50,503 bases of DNA from Parcubacteria group bacterium. Its GTDB lineage: Bacteria; Patescibacteriota; Minisyncoccia; Phycocordibacterales; Zambryskibacteraceae. A model generated the notes under the pieces. That model saw nothing but the letters and a program-made list of their open reading frames with translations. It ran no database searches and had not been told where the DNA came from. Shown here one piece after another: positions 33,058-40,528 of the stretch. A program made the position numbers and the translations under genes. Numbering within the stretch: the first letter of the stretch is position 1; every line of letters starts with the position of its first letter. The stretch lies in contig JAQBRN010000020.1 of the NCBI GenBank assembly GCA_028286465.1, positions 1 through 50,503 of the forward strand. Direction: 5' to 3'.

Positions 33058-33627
33058 TTAGGAAGAAAAGTGGAGACTCGACAGAATGCGTTCGTATATG
33101 GCCCTATCAGGTACGGGCGCACCCGGCTCGCGCTCTTCGGTGAGCCGCCCTTCGGCGACCGGATCGAGAACGACCATCCACAGGTACGTGCTTTCATACA
33201 TGAAGATGTCGTCGTATGACGATCCCTCTCCGGCGTAGCCATAGCGCTCGACCCCTTTCAAGCCGTCGAGCGTCCTTAGGGCGACCGTCGTACTCGATGT
33301 ATTGCCGAAGGGCGCGATCTCCTTCGGATACGGGCCGGTAAAGAAGTCGGCAACCTCTTCCTTGCTCTTCTGTTGGGTAAAGACCTCGACCGATACATAT
33401 CCTGCACGCGTCACGGGATCGCCTACTCCAACAGTGAACGATCCTCCGTCGCTTGATCTGTTTTCTTCGAGCGTGAAATTCGGAGGATATTGGAAGGAGA
33501 AGCCGAATTCCTTATTGTCGTACGTTTTCCAGCCCGTCGGATCTGTTGCCTGTTTCTGCACAAAGTAGTACGCACCGCCGGCAAGGATGAGCAGGGCGAT
33601 AGCAAGTACGAAGAGAGATTTTTTCAT
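33058..33627 (-). CDS. Secreted/anchored hypothetical protein
   Basis: 189 aa with the N-terminal signal/anchor MKKSLFVLAIALLILAGGAYYF. Confidence 0.5.
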   Translation of the reverse strand: MKKSLFVLAIALLILAGGAYYFVQKQATDPTGWKTYDNKEFGFSFQYPPNFTLEENRSSDGGSFTVGVGDPVTRAGYVSVEVFTQQKSKEEVADFFTGPYPKEIAPFGNTSSTTVALRTLDGLKGVERYGYAGEGSSYDDIFMYESTYLWMVVLDPVAEGRLTEEREPGAPVPDRAIYERILSSLHFSS

Positions 33628-33636
33628 ACGACAAAA

Positions 33637-34119
33637 CTATCTCACCACGAGCGTGACCGTCACGGCCTGGCGAAATTGCGGACATGCTTCTCCTGGATTG
33701 CAGATCGGCGCGCCCGTGGCATGCAAGACCGTCGTACCTGTATTCGTCGCCGTATAGACTCCCTGCTCTCCGCGGATCGTCGAGATGTTCGTCACGCGCG
33801 TGACGATGCCCGTCGGATCGAATGTAAGACTCCACTCCAGCGTATCACCCATGGCAATGCCGAAGCGCTGTCCCTTCACAAGAGAGACCGTTGTCGCGTT
33901 GTCAGCTTGCGTCACCATGATCGTGCTTGTCGATGCGGGCGATGTGACAGGTACGGGGGTAACGGGTGCAGGTAGTGTCGTCGGCTCATTCGACTGGGGA
34001 GGGAGACTTGCTGTTATGTCGGATGAAGGAGTAGTTCGAGCGAAGCCGAAGTATCCAATGAAGCCAACGGCGACAATGCAGGCAGCGATGATAAGTACGG
34101 TAGTGTTGTTCTGCTTCAT
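33637..34119 (-). CDS. Secreted/anchored hypothetical protein
   Basis: The preferred start is MKQNNTTVLIIAACIVAVGF (ATG at 34119). The upstream extension in the track ORF looks non-coding. Confidence 0.5.
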   Translation of the reverse strand: MKQNNTTVLIIAACIVAVGFIGYFGFARTTPSSDITASLPPQSNEPTTLPAPVTPVPVTSPASTSTIMVTQADNATTVSLVKGQRFGIAMGDTLEWSLTFDPTGIVTRVTNISTIRGEQGVYTATNTGTTVLHATGAPICNPGEACPQFRQAVTVTLVVR

Positions 34120-34185
34120 AAAAGTAATTAATCTAATTTGTAATATACAAGACGTCTCGAGGAACCGATGCTGACATGCCTTCTT

Positions 34186-34210
34186 ATATAAAACCGCCCA
34201 ATCAGGCGGG
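34186..34210 (-). terminator. Terminator of the 34212-34652 gene
   Basis: Stem CCGCC (34194-34198) / GGCGG (34205-34209) with a minus-strand T/A-rich run. Confidence 0.5.
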
Positions 34211-34211
34211 T

Positions 34212-34652
34212 CTAGAATCTCTTGAAAAGCATAGGCACTCCGAGGCAGGCCACGACGAGAAAGCACCCCATGGCGACATACGCGAGCGCCTTATGATACG
34301 CATGCGTCCCGTCGTACCAGAAGACGAGTACCGCGATCGAAGCGGTATAAAGAACGGCAAACGCGGCATGGATCCAGAACCAAACATTGCGCTCCGAACC
34401 GCCATTGAGACGCACTCCCGTCTCAATGAGCAAGACGAGAAGGAGCGTCGTCCATGCCACCAGGTGAGCCTGGCTTCGATGTTTCGCCACGACGAGTGCG
34501 GAACTATTCGAAGCGACGTTGGCCCGCCCCGTGAGGATCATCTGATAGAGAAAGAAAGCGATGATGAGAACAACGCACACGACGAGACCTTTGTATATCC
34601 AGACCACCGCCGACCTCCATGAGTTTGAAAGCATCTTTGAGTAGACTATCAT
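34212..34652 (-). CDS. Small polytopic membrane protein (hypothetical)
   Basis: Four predicted TM segments. The track start at 34694 lies inside the upstream terminator, so the ATG at 34652 (or 34634) is preferred. Confidence 0.5.
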   Translation of the reverse strand: MIVYSKMLSNSWRSAVVWIYKGLVVCVVLIIAFFLYQMILTGRANVASNSSALVVAKHRSQAHLVAWTTLLLVLLIETGVRLNGGSERNVWFWIHAAFAVLYTASIAVLVFWYDGTHAYHKALAYVAMGCFLVVACLGVPMLFKRF

Positions 34653-34682
34653 GCTGGAGACGAGCTCACAATATATGCACAT

Positions 34683-34705
34683 AAAAACCGGCATGCGTGT
34701 GCCGG
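34683..34705 (-). terminator. Terminator of the histidine-phosphatase gene
   Basis: Stem CCGGCA (34688-34693) / TGCCGG (34700-34705) with a minus-strand T-run at 34683-34687. Confidence 0.7.
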
Positions 34706-34712
34706 TGAATTC

Positions 34713-35489
34713 TTACATTGAGGAGTAATGCCTCACATTGTAGTAATCAAGAAGGAGCTTGCCGTCGGAGCCAAGGTCGGGATGGCCTCTGTAGAGGGTA
34801 ACTCCGCAATTGATGGGCTTCTCCTTCTCGTCGAGCCGGATGAAATCCTCCGCGCTCAAGCGATCGAGATTGGCACGCATCGCCAGGATATTGAGGTGGT
34901 GAGTGACGACGAGGATGCGCTTATCCGAGAAATCGCGCGTCACCGTACGAAGCCAGTCCCGGTTCCTTGCCCGGACATCAGGCACGCTCTCTCCTTGCGG
35001 ATAGCGATACCAATACGGACCCTCGATATCCCGGAGCCGTTTCTGCTCGGGATTCAGAACATGGAAGACCCGCCAGTCGTTGTAGAGAAGCGCAAGACCA
35101 TGCTCTTGTTCCCTCACTCGCTCCTCTTCGATCGGTTCGATCTCGGCGAGCGCAGGCCAGCCGCGAGTGATGTGGTCGAGGGTCAGGACAGCCCGCTTGT
35201 ACGGCGAAACGAAAACGATGTCCGGCAGCTCGCCTCTGGAAAGTGCGACGCCGGTTTCGAATGCCTGGCGGCCTTCCGCATCGGCAAGAGCCGTTTCGGC
35301 ATCACCGACGCCGAGCGCGAACTTCTTCTGAACAGCACGTGCCAGTCCGCGGGCTTCCTTGGAATCCGGATCGCTTTCCCAATACTTCAGGAACTCCTGA
35401 TAGAGCGGATCGTTTTCCTTCTTGCCTCGCAGCGCATTGTACGCCGAGGTATCGTGCCGGATCATCATGAGCCATTTGGGCCATTTCAT
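34713..35489 (-). CDS. Histidine phosphatase family protein (second copy in the window)
   Basis: 258 aa. LMMIRHDTSAYN is an RH-type phosphohistidine motif, with HHLNILA downstream. Confidence 0.7.
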   Translation of the reverse strand: MKWPKWLMMIRHDTSAYNALRGKKENDPLYQEFLKYWESDPDSKEARGLARAVQKKFALGVGDAETALADAEGRQAFETGVALSRGELPDIVFVSPYKRAVLTLDHITRGWPALAEIEPIEEERVREQEHGLALLYNDWRVFHVLNPEQKRLRDIEGPYWYRYPQGESVPDVRARNRDWLRTVTRDFSDKRILVVTHHLNILAMRANLDRLSAEDFIRLDEKEKPINCGVTLYRGHPDLGSDGKLLLDYYNVRHYSSM

Positions 35490-35577
35490 TCGGATCTCCT
35501 TTCAAAGGCCGGACTTCTAAACGCAAAATATAATATTCCAAGCCTGAAGTCAAATATAAAAAGCCCCAACCGGGAGC

Positions 35578-35790
35578 TTATGTGCCTTTCCTATTTTTCT
35601 TAGCAACACCCTTCAGAAGCTGCTTTGTGGTGCCGATCCCCTTTTCGAGCTTGTCATCGATTCGATCGAAAGCATCGAACAGCCTTTCGAAGCCGGCGGC
35701 GAGCTGTCTTTCGACGTTCTGATAATCTTCCGAGCCGTTCGGATCTGGCGAAGGAACTCGAGACGGAAAGTACAAAATTTTCCTGGCCAT
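35578..35790 (-). CDS. Small hypothetical protein (70 aa)
   Basis: ORF bracketed by its own upstream and downstream hairpins. No family recognised. Confidence 0.35.
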   Translation of the reverse strand: MARKILYFPSRVPSPDPNGSEDYQNVERQLAAGFERLFDAFDRIDDKLEKGIGTTKQLLKGVAKKNRKGT

Positions 35791-35878
35791 ACGTTCTCCG
35801 GATTGGTTCTCAAGATATGGTACGAGAAAATGTATATAAAGACCACCTCAACGCGTGGTGGTTAGAGTAGTAAAATTA

Positions 35879-36121
35879 TTACATCCCCGCCTCCTCTCTC
35901 CCTTGTATTTCGATTTCCAATTCCTCTATCTCGGCCTTAAGCGTCAGGACGCGATCGCTGCTCGCATCAGGGAAAGTTTCGAGCGATTCGAGCTCCGACC
36001 TTCTTTCCTGAAGCATCACTTTCAAAACGGGAACCTGATCAAGCATCTCCCTTAACTCCTCCGGAGAAATCTCCGGGATCTTCTCTGCTTCATTCTCCGG
36101 TGTTGGAAATTGTTCGCTCAT
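35879..36121 (-). CDS. Small acidic coiled-coil protein (80 aa)
   Basis: The internal start MSEQFPTPENE (ATG at 36121) avoids overlap with the VOC gene. Confidence 0.4.
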   Translation of the reverse strand: MSEQFPTPENEAEKIPEISPEELREMLDQVPVLKVMLQERRSELESLETFPDASSDRVLTLKAEIEELEIEIQGREEAGM

Positions 36122-36138
36122 GTAAAAGTAAGGTGATC

Positions 36139-36597
36139 TTATCCCTGATAATAAGCCTTTTCTAATTCGGAAATGTCGATCTTCGTCATTTTCAGCATTG
36201 CTTGCGTCGCTCGATTGGCTTTCTCCCGGTCCGGATCTCCGACCATCTCCATAAGTACAGACGGGATGATCTGCCATGATAGTCCGAATCTATCCCTTAC
36301 CCAGCCGCACTGGCTCTTCGCTCCGCCTTCGGACAATTTCTCCCAGAGATAATCGACATCTTCTTGAGTTTCGCAATCAACCATAAGTGAAGCCGCTTCG
36401 GTGAACTTGAAGTGTGGTCCGCCATTAAAGGCATTAATGACCTGTTCATGGATCACGAAGGTGGCACTGTGGATCTTGCCGTCAGCGTTCCTTGATGAGT
36501 GAATGATTGTGAAGTCCTTGAAGATCGAGCCGTACAGCTCAAGGACTTCGTCCAGGTCATGGTTGTACATAAGGAACGGTGTGACTTTTTTTATCAT
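36139..36597 (-). CDS. VOC/glyoxalase-superfamily protein (PhnB / 3-demethylubiquinone-9 3-methyltransferase-domain type)
   Basis: MIKKVTPFLMY...FNGGPHFKFTEAASLMVDCETQEDVDYLWEKLSEGG...CGWVRDRFGLSWQI is the typical pattern. The start ATG is at 36597. Confidence 0.75.
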   Translation of the reverse strand: MIKKVTPFLMYNHDLDEVLELYGSIFKDFTIIHSSRNADGKIHSATFVIHEQVINAFNGGPHFKFTEAASLMVDCETQEDVDYLWEKLSEGGAKSQCGWVRDRFGLSWQIIPSVLMEMVGDPDREKANRATQAMLKMTKIDISELEKAYYQG

Positions 36598-36623
36598 AGT
36601 AGTATTAATGTATAACCTTTTGC

Positions 36624-36652
36624 AAAAAAATAACACCCTTTCGGATGTTATT
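36624..36652 (-). terminator. Terminator of the DUF1059 gene
   Basis: Imperfect stem TAACACCC / GGATGTTA with loop TTTC. There is a 7-nt T-run on the minus strand. Confidence 0.6.
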
Positions 36653-36658
36653 TCGTTG

Positions 36659-36874
36659 TTACATTTCTGGAGCGGCTGCGTAGTCTGCCTTGAACTTTTC
36701 TGCCCATGCGACCATAAGAGGATCGGCCCGATCCATTTTCTTAATATCGGCGGCCATTTCAGGATGAGCTTCTTCCATGTGCTTCATTCCGTTTGCCATC
36801 ATTTCGTCTTCTGTCGACCCTGTGATCTTTACATCACATTTGCCTCCCATCTGAGCACATGTAAGTGTTTTCAT
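36659..36874 (-). CDS. DUF1059-family small protein
   Basis: MKTLTCAQMGGKCDVKITGSTEDEMMANGMKHMEEAHPEM matches the DUF1059 pattern (from memory). Confidence 0.65.
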   Translation of the reverse strand: MKTLTCAQMGGKCDVKITGSTEDEMMANGMKHMEEAHPEMAADIKKMDRADPLMVAWAEKFKADYAAAPEM

Positions 36875-36948
36875 TTGCGGATCATTTATGTATTAGGGTA
36901 GGAGTATAGCATACGATCTGCCGGCCGCCTGAGGTGACGTTGAACCTG

Positions 36949-37518
36949 TTACCGTACAATTTTATAGTGCAGAGCCACCATTCCGCCTTTGATCTCTTCA
37001 GAACTCAGAAGCTCAAGATTGACCCGATTTTCAATGCTCCTCATAAAAGTCAGGCCCTGCCCTAGGATAACCGGACTCACGGTGAACCGAAACTCGTCGA
37101 TAAGATCCATGCTCATGAGAGAGCGGGCGAGTGTCGGGCTGCCAAAGATCACCAGATCCTTCCCTTCCCCTTCCTTAAGTTTTTTTACCTCCTCTTCTAC
37201 GTTAGCGCTTATGACCCTTGTATTGTTCCAGTCCTCCTTCATGAGCGTAGTGGAGAATACGATCTTCTCTACAGACTCAAGCCACTCTGCATGCTCGCGA
37301 TCGTGCTTCGATGCAGCGGTATCTTGTAGCACTTTCGGCCAGTAGCTTTTCATCAGTTCATACGTCACTCGGCCATACATCGGGGTGCCTACTGTTTTCA
37401 CAATTTTTTCGGCATATTTCTCAAAGGCTTCATTGTACGGAATCCAGTCGAGTCCTCCATCGACTGTAGCGCAGTAGCCATCGAGTGACTGGTGCAGAAA
37501 TAATACGATTTTTCTCAT
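36949..37518 (-). CDS. Dihydrofolate-reductase-like (RibD C-terminal domain) protein
   Basis: MRKIVLFLHQSLDGY...LVIFGSPTLARSLM... Confidence 0.8.
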   Translation of the reverse strand: MRKIVLFLHQSLDGYCATVDGGLDWIPYNEAFEKYAEKIVKTVGTPMYGRVTYELMKSYWPKVLQDTAASKHDREHAEWLESVEKIVFSTTLMKEDWNNTRVISANVEEEVKKLKEGEGKDLVIFGSPTLARSLMSMDLIDEFRFTVSPVILGQGLTFMRSIENRVNLELLSSEEIKGGMVALHYKIVR

Positions 37519-37686
37519 ATCTTTATATTAGCATTCTTAAGTAAACGGATTCTAAATTTCAGACTTCCTTTGCATTATCTATTTAGACGAAGCGAAACCT
37601 TATTGAACTCTTAAGTATGAAAACAGCCTACAGAAATGTGGGCCGGGAGTTAACGCTATTCTCCAGAGCGTTTGTTGCGAAAAATA

Positions 37687-38154
37687 TCAGAAAAGGTTGA
37701 GCAAATCACTGATCTCTCCTCGACGACTGGCGTGGGGCAGGGTGAGTGACAAGAACCGTCTCTCGACCTCCTCTTCAGCTGTCAGAGGATCGTCGGCCAG
37801 AGCTCCGGTCGATCGAAGATTCAGGAACGCCAATCGGTCTAATTTGAGTTGCGTCTCTTCGAGAGACGCCTCTCTCCTCAGGATGCCAAGATACTTCATA
37901 ATCTCATTTCTGACCGGGGAACTTTCAAATTCATCCCCCGCGAAACTTCCATCTCGATTATGAGTTCTGGCGAACTCTTTGACGCGATCCCGATCGTTTC
38001 CGACATAGCCCAATTCATGGGGCCACATGGGACACTCACAGGTCGGACAAACCCCGGAGGCGTAATCCTTATTCCGAATTTCCATTTCCCCGTCGCACCC
38101 ATACATCGGGCAGTGCATGATTACTACATCCGATTCTCCATGGTTTGTAGCCAT
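37687..38154 (-). CDS. Hypothetical protein with an N-terminal Cys-rich zinc-ribbon-like motif
   Basis: HCPMYGCDGEMEIRNKDYASGVCPTCEC. A strong SD (GAGGAGGA) is present. It is preceded by a long structured leader. Confidence 0.5.
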   Translation of the reverse strand: MATNHGESDVVIMHCPMYGCDGEMEIRNKDYASGVCPTCECPMWPHELGYVGNDRDRVKEFARTHNRDGSFAGDEFESSPVRNEIMKYLGILRREASLEETQLKLDRLAFLNLRSTGALADDPLTAEEEVERRFLSLTLPHASRRGEISDLLNLF

Positions 38155-38297
38155 GACATCCTCCTCGCGATTAGCGAAGAAGGATATCGAGACTAGTTCT
38201 CGGGTGATTTCTTCGCAAGTGAAAGAACAGGATTAACATTTAGCACACAATGTATAGAAAGTCAAGGTAGCTGTCCATGCTGTATGAGGTTGGAACC

Positions 38298-38408
38298 CTA
38301 CTTAGATAAATATGATTTAAACTCTTCGTCGGTAAGATCAAGTAATTTACCATCTCGAGCCAGGGTAGATTTGCCGCTTCCGGGCAGACCCACGATTGTT
38401 ATACGCAT
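38298..38408 (-). pseudogene. Remnant of a P-loop kinase/ATPase gene (36 codons)
   Basis: My translation is MRITIVGLPGSGKSTLARDGKLLDLTDEEFKSYLSK*. It has a Walker-A N-terminus, then premature termination. This is too short for a functional NTPase. Confidence 0.4.
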
Positions 38409-38468
38409 GAAGGTAGTTTATCAGAAATCCGCTCGCCGTCTGGAGAAGTCAGGGCTCACAATTAAATC

Positions 38469-38482
38469 GACGCGTCTCGAGC
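38469..38482. repeat. Direct repeat GACGCGTCTCGAGC, copy 1
   Basis: Identical 14-mer to 39700-39713. It lies 16 nt beyond the YibE/F stop. Confidence 0.8.
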
Positions 38483-38498
38483 ACATTAAAAGCGGTGC

Positions 38499-39653
38499 TT
38501 AATGATGGTGTTCCGCATGCTTCAAGGCTTCGGCTTCTTTGTGTATTACTTCTGTATCATTCGTTTTCTGCACCTTGACCAGCATAATCACCGCAAGGAA
38601 TGTGGTAATGGGCACTGCCATCACGAGCCCGATACTTCCCACAAGAGTTCTTATAATTTCTGAAGCAAACACTTCTCTGCTCATCACTTGAGAAATAGAG
38701 GAATCTGTCTGATAGAACAGCAGCAGAAGAGGAAGTGAGGCGCCGACATAGGCAATGGCAAGCGTGTTCACTAATGCTCCAATATGCTCCCTTCCTATTC
38801 GTATGGCACGGGTGTAGATCTTAGAGCGCGGTATATGCGGGGCGATATGGTGAAGTTCCTCGACCGATATAGCTTGCCCGATCGAAACGTCATACAACAC
38901 TCCGAGAACACCGATCATGATACCGCCGAGAAGTATCCCGATAACATCAATGTGTCCTCTGCTATTGAGTATTAGGTAAACGGCTTCGTCGCTACCTTGG
39001 CCCGTAAATTTGCCCATATGAACGGCCCAGAATGCGAGGCCTGCTGTAAAGAGAACCGTGATAATCATGCCGAGTACTGCGGAAGAGGTTGTCTTATTAA
39101 AACCATGAGTAATATATGAGCCGAGAACGATAATTACCGAGGACACCGCAATACTTACTAAGACAGGAGGATAACCATGGAGTATTCCCGGCAATAAAAC
39201 AAAAGTAATAAGCAAAAGGCTTCCGATAAGACTTAAAAGACCCCTCAAACCCTGTATGCCGCCAATAAGAAGAACAAGAGCAACGAAGATGAAGGTGAAC
39301 AAGAGAATGGTGGGTATGCGATATACGTCCATTTCTCCGTACATCTCTATGCCACTTTGTCCTTCTGTAGTGTGGTTGAGGTAAAATATTTCTCCTTTGG
39401 CTAGGTTCAGATAGTCGTCTGTGAAGGTAACAACTTTGCCTGTTTGGGTACCTTCAAGAATTTTTGCTTGAATCGTTTGAAAAGTACCGGGAGTATCCGT
39501 ACCCGGAATAATCCTGTTTTCCTCTTTAGTGATATGCACGACCTGTGCTTTCACCACCTCGGCCTTGTCTTGAATGATCGTCGCTTGAGCATGAGCGAAT
39601 AAGGGCGAAATAAATAAGAAAGAAACAAGGGAAATTAAGGAGAATTTTTTCAC
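38499..39653 (-). CDS. YibE/F-family membrane protein
   Basis: 384 aa. A signal peptide and ~120-aa ectodomain are followed by the multi-TM region typical of YibE/F. Confidence 0.7.
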   Translation of the reverse strand: MKKFSLISLVSFLFISPLFAHAQATIIQDKAEVVKAQVVHITKEENRIIPGTDTPGTFQTIQAKILEGTQTGKVVTFTDDYLNLAKGEIFYLNHTTEGQSGIEMYGEMDVYRIPTILLFTFIFVALVLLIGGIQGLRGLLSLIGSLLLITFVLLPGILHGYPPVLVSIAVSSVIIVLGSYITHGFNKTTSSAVLGMIITVLFTAGLAFWAVHMGKFTGQGSDEAVYLILNSRGHIDVIGILLGGIMIGVLGVLYDVSIGQAISVEELHHIAPHIPRSKIYTRAIRIGREHIGALVNTLAIAYVGASLPLLLLFYQTDSSISQVMSREVFASEIIRTLVGSIGLVMAVPITTFLAVIMLVKVQKTNDTEVIHKEAEALKHAEHHH

Positions 39654-39699
39654 CTCTTGATTATAACATTTAGCACCTATTATCTTCTTTAAAATTCAT

Positions 39700-39713
39700 G
39701 ACGCGTCTCGAGC
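39700..39713. repeat. Direct repeat GACGCGTCTCGAGC, copy 2
   Basis: Identical 14-mer. It lies 46 nt upstream of the YibE/F start and 19 nt beyond the tRNA-Gln 3' end. Confidence 0.8.
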
Positions 39714-39732
39714 GCGATAACCTATCACGAGT

Positions 39733-39806
39733 TGGCTGCCGGCCAGGGAATCGAACCCCAATTATACGCTCCAGAGGCGCATGTCCTACCGTTAGACGAG
39801 CCGGCA
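39733..39806 (-). tRNA. tRNA-Gln (anticodon CUG), CCA encoded
   Basis: Hand fold of TGCCGGC-TC-GTC/TAACGGTAG/GAC-A-TGCGC-CTCTGGA-GCGTA-TAAT-TGGGG-TTCGATT-CCCTG-GCCGGCA-G-CCA. The total is 74 nt, with a U1-A72 pair as in bacterial tRNA-Gln. Confidence 0.85.
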
Positions 39807-39827
39807 ATGGTTCATCAATACCTGAGT

Positions 39828-39856
39828 AGATTAGCCTAATTTTCGGCTTTTTTCAA
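39828..39856 (-). promoter_or_regulatory. tRNA-Gln promoter, TTGAAA-N17-TAATCT
   Basis: Minus-strand TTGAAA at 39851-39856 and TAATCT at 39828-39833, about 21 nt upstream of the mature 5' end. Confidence 0.45.
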
Positions 39857-39888
39857 TAGAAATCGGCGGAGTCCTTTTATGCCTTAGT

Positions 39889-40512
39889 GTGTTGAGTTTT
39901 ACCCGTTTTGTTGTATTGTCTCTCAAGAATCGAACCCGAGGTGAGACCGTGAGAGACGTGACGCTGACCATTGGTCCGCGAGGAGCCGGCAAGACGACCT
40001 TTTGCGAAAGGGCGCTCGCCCTCGATCCGGAACTCGTACTTGTCAGCCGGGACGCCGTGCTGATGGAGATCTTCGGCCAAACCTCCCTCAATCCATACGA
40101 AGGTGGGCACCGGATCGGACTTGAGAAAATGTGGAACCTCGTCGAGAAGCATCTCGAACCAGAGAATGCCCGCATCCTTCTCGACTGCTGGAACGGATGG
40201 GCCTTGGAACGAAGCGAGCTGACGGACAAGCTCCGCGAAATGGGTGCGGAACGGATTATCGGATGGCATTTCGCCACGAGCGAGGAGACCTGCATCAAAT
40301 GGTTCCTCGAACGAGAGAGAAGGAACGAGGAAGAGAAGATCGATAAATGGTGGGAGCAGTCGAGGATCGCTTCTTGCCGAAGCGACTACCGTCTCTTCCA
40401 CTCTCAGGCCGTTACCCTGGAACAAGGCTTCGATGAGATCATTCGCATCGATCCGGATATTCTCGGCCCTGAGCACGTGCTCAGACTGCAGACCAATCTC
40501 GACTTCGGCTGA
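39889..40512 (+). CDS. P-loop NTPase / kinase-like protein (AAA_33-like)
   Basis: Walker A GPRGAGKTT. The likelier start is the GTG at 39949, preceded by GAGGTGA (39938-39944). The stop codon is embedded in a strong terminator. Confidence 0.6.
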   Translation: MLSFTRFVVLSLKNRTRGETVRDVTLTIGPRGAGKTTFCERALALDPELVLVSRDAVLMEIFGQTSLNPYEGGHRIGLEKMWNLVEKHLEPENARILLDCWNGWALERSELTDKLREMGAERIIGWHFATSEETCIKWFLERERRNEEEKIDKWWEQSRIASCRSDYRLFHSQAVTLEQGFDEIIRIDPDILGPEHVLRLQTNLDFG

Positions 40513-40526
40513 GATTGGTCTTTTTT
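40491..40526 (+). terminator. Terminator of the P-loop gene
   Basis: 10-bp stem GACCAATCTC (40491-40500) / GAGATTGGTC (40511-40520) followed by TTTTTT. Confidence 0.8.
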
Positions 40527-40528
40527 AT

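Noticed and set aside
34728-35603. A 291-aa plus-strand ORF
   Set aside because: It is antisense to the histidine-phosphatase gene (RH motif, terminator at 34683-34705).
38284-38502. A 72-aa plus-strand ORF from the track
   Set aside because: The opposite strand carries a recognisable Walker-A N-terminus (the remnant gene at 38298-38408). The plus-strand translation has no features and no SD.
39918-39957. A tRNA-like fragment: GAATCGAACCC (39927-39937) is identical to the T-arm of the nearby tRNA-Gln (39748-39758), and on the minus strand it folds as TCGGG-TTCGATT-CTTGA flanked by GTCTC/GAGAC
   Set aside because: There is no D-arm or anticodon arm, and identity does not extend beyond 11 nt. 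The fragment overlaps the SD and GTG start of the P-loop gene. It could be a decayed tRNA or att remnant, but the evidence is too thin to call.
35500-40000. An apparent compositional mosaic. My hand counts on single 60-nt lines gave about 60% GC at 9001-9060, against about 47% at 37201-37260 and about 53% at 39001-39060
   Set aside because: These few hand counts are too few to support a horizontal-transfer claim. A sliding-window GC and codon-usage computation is needed.
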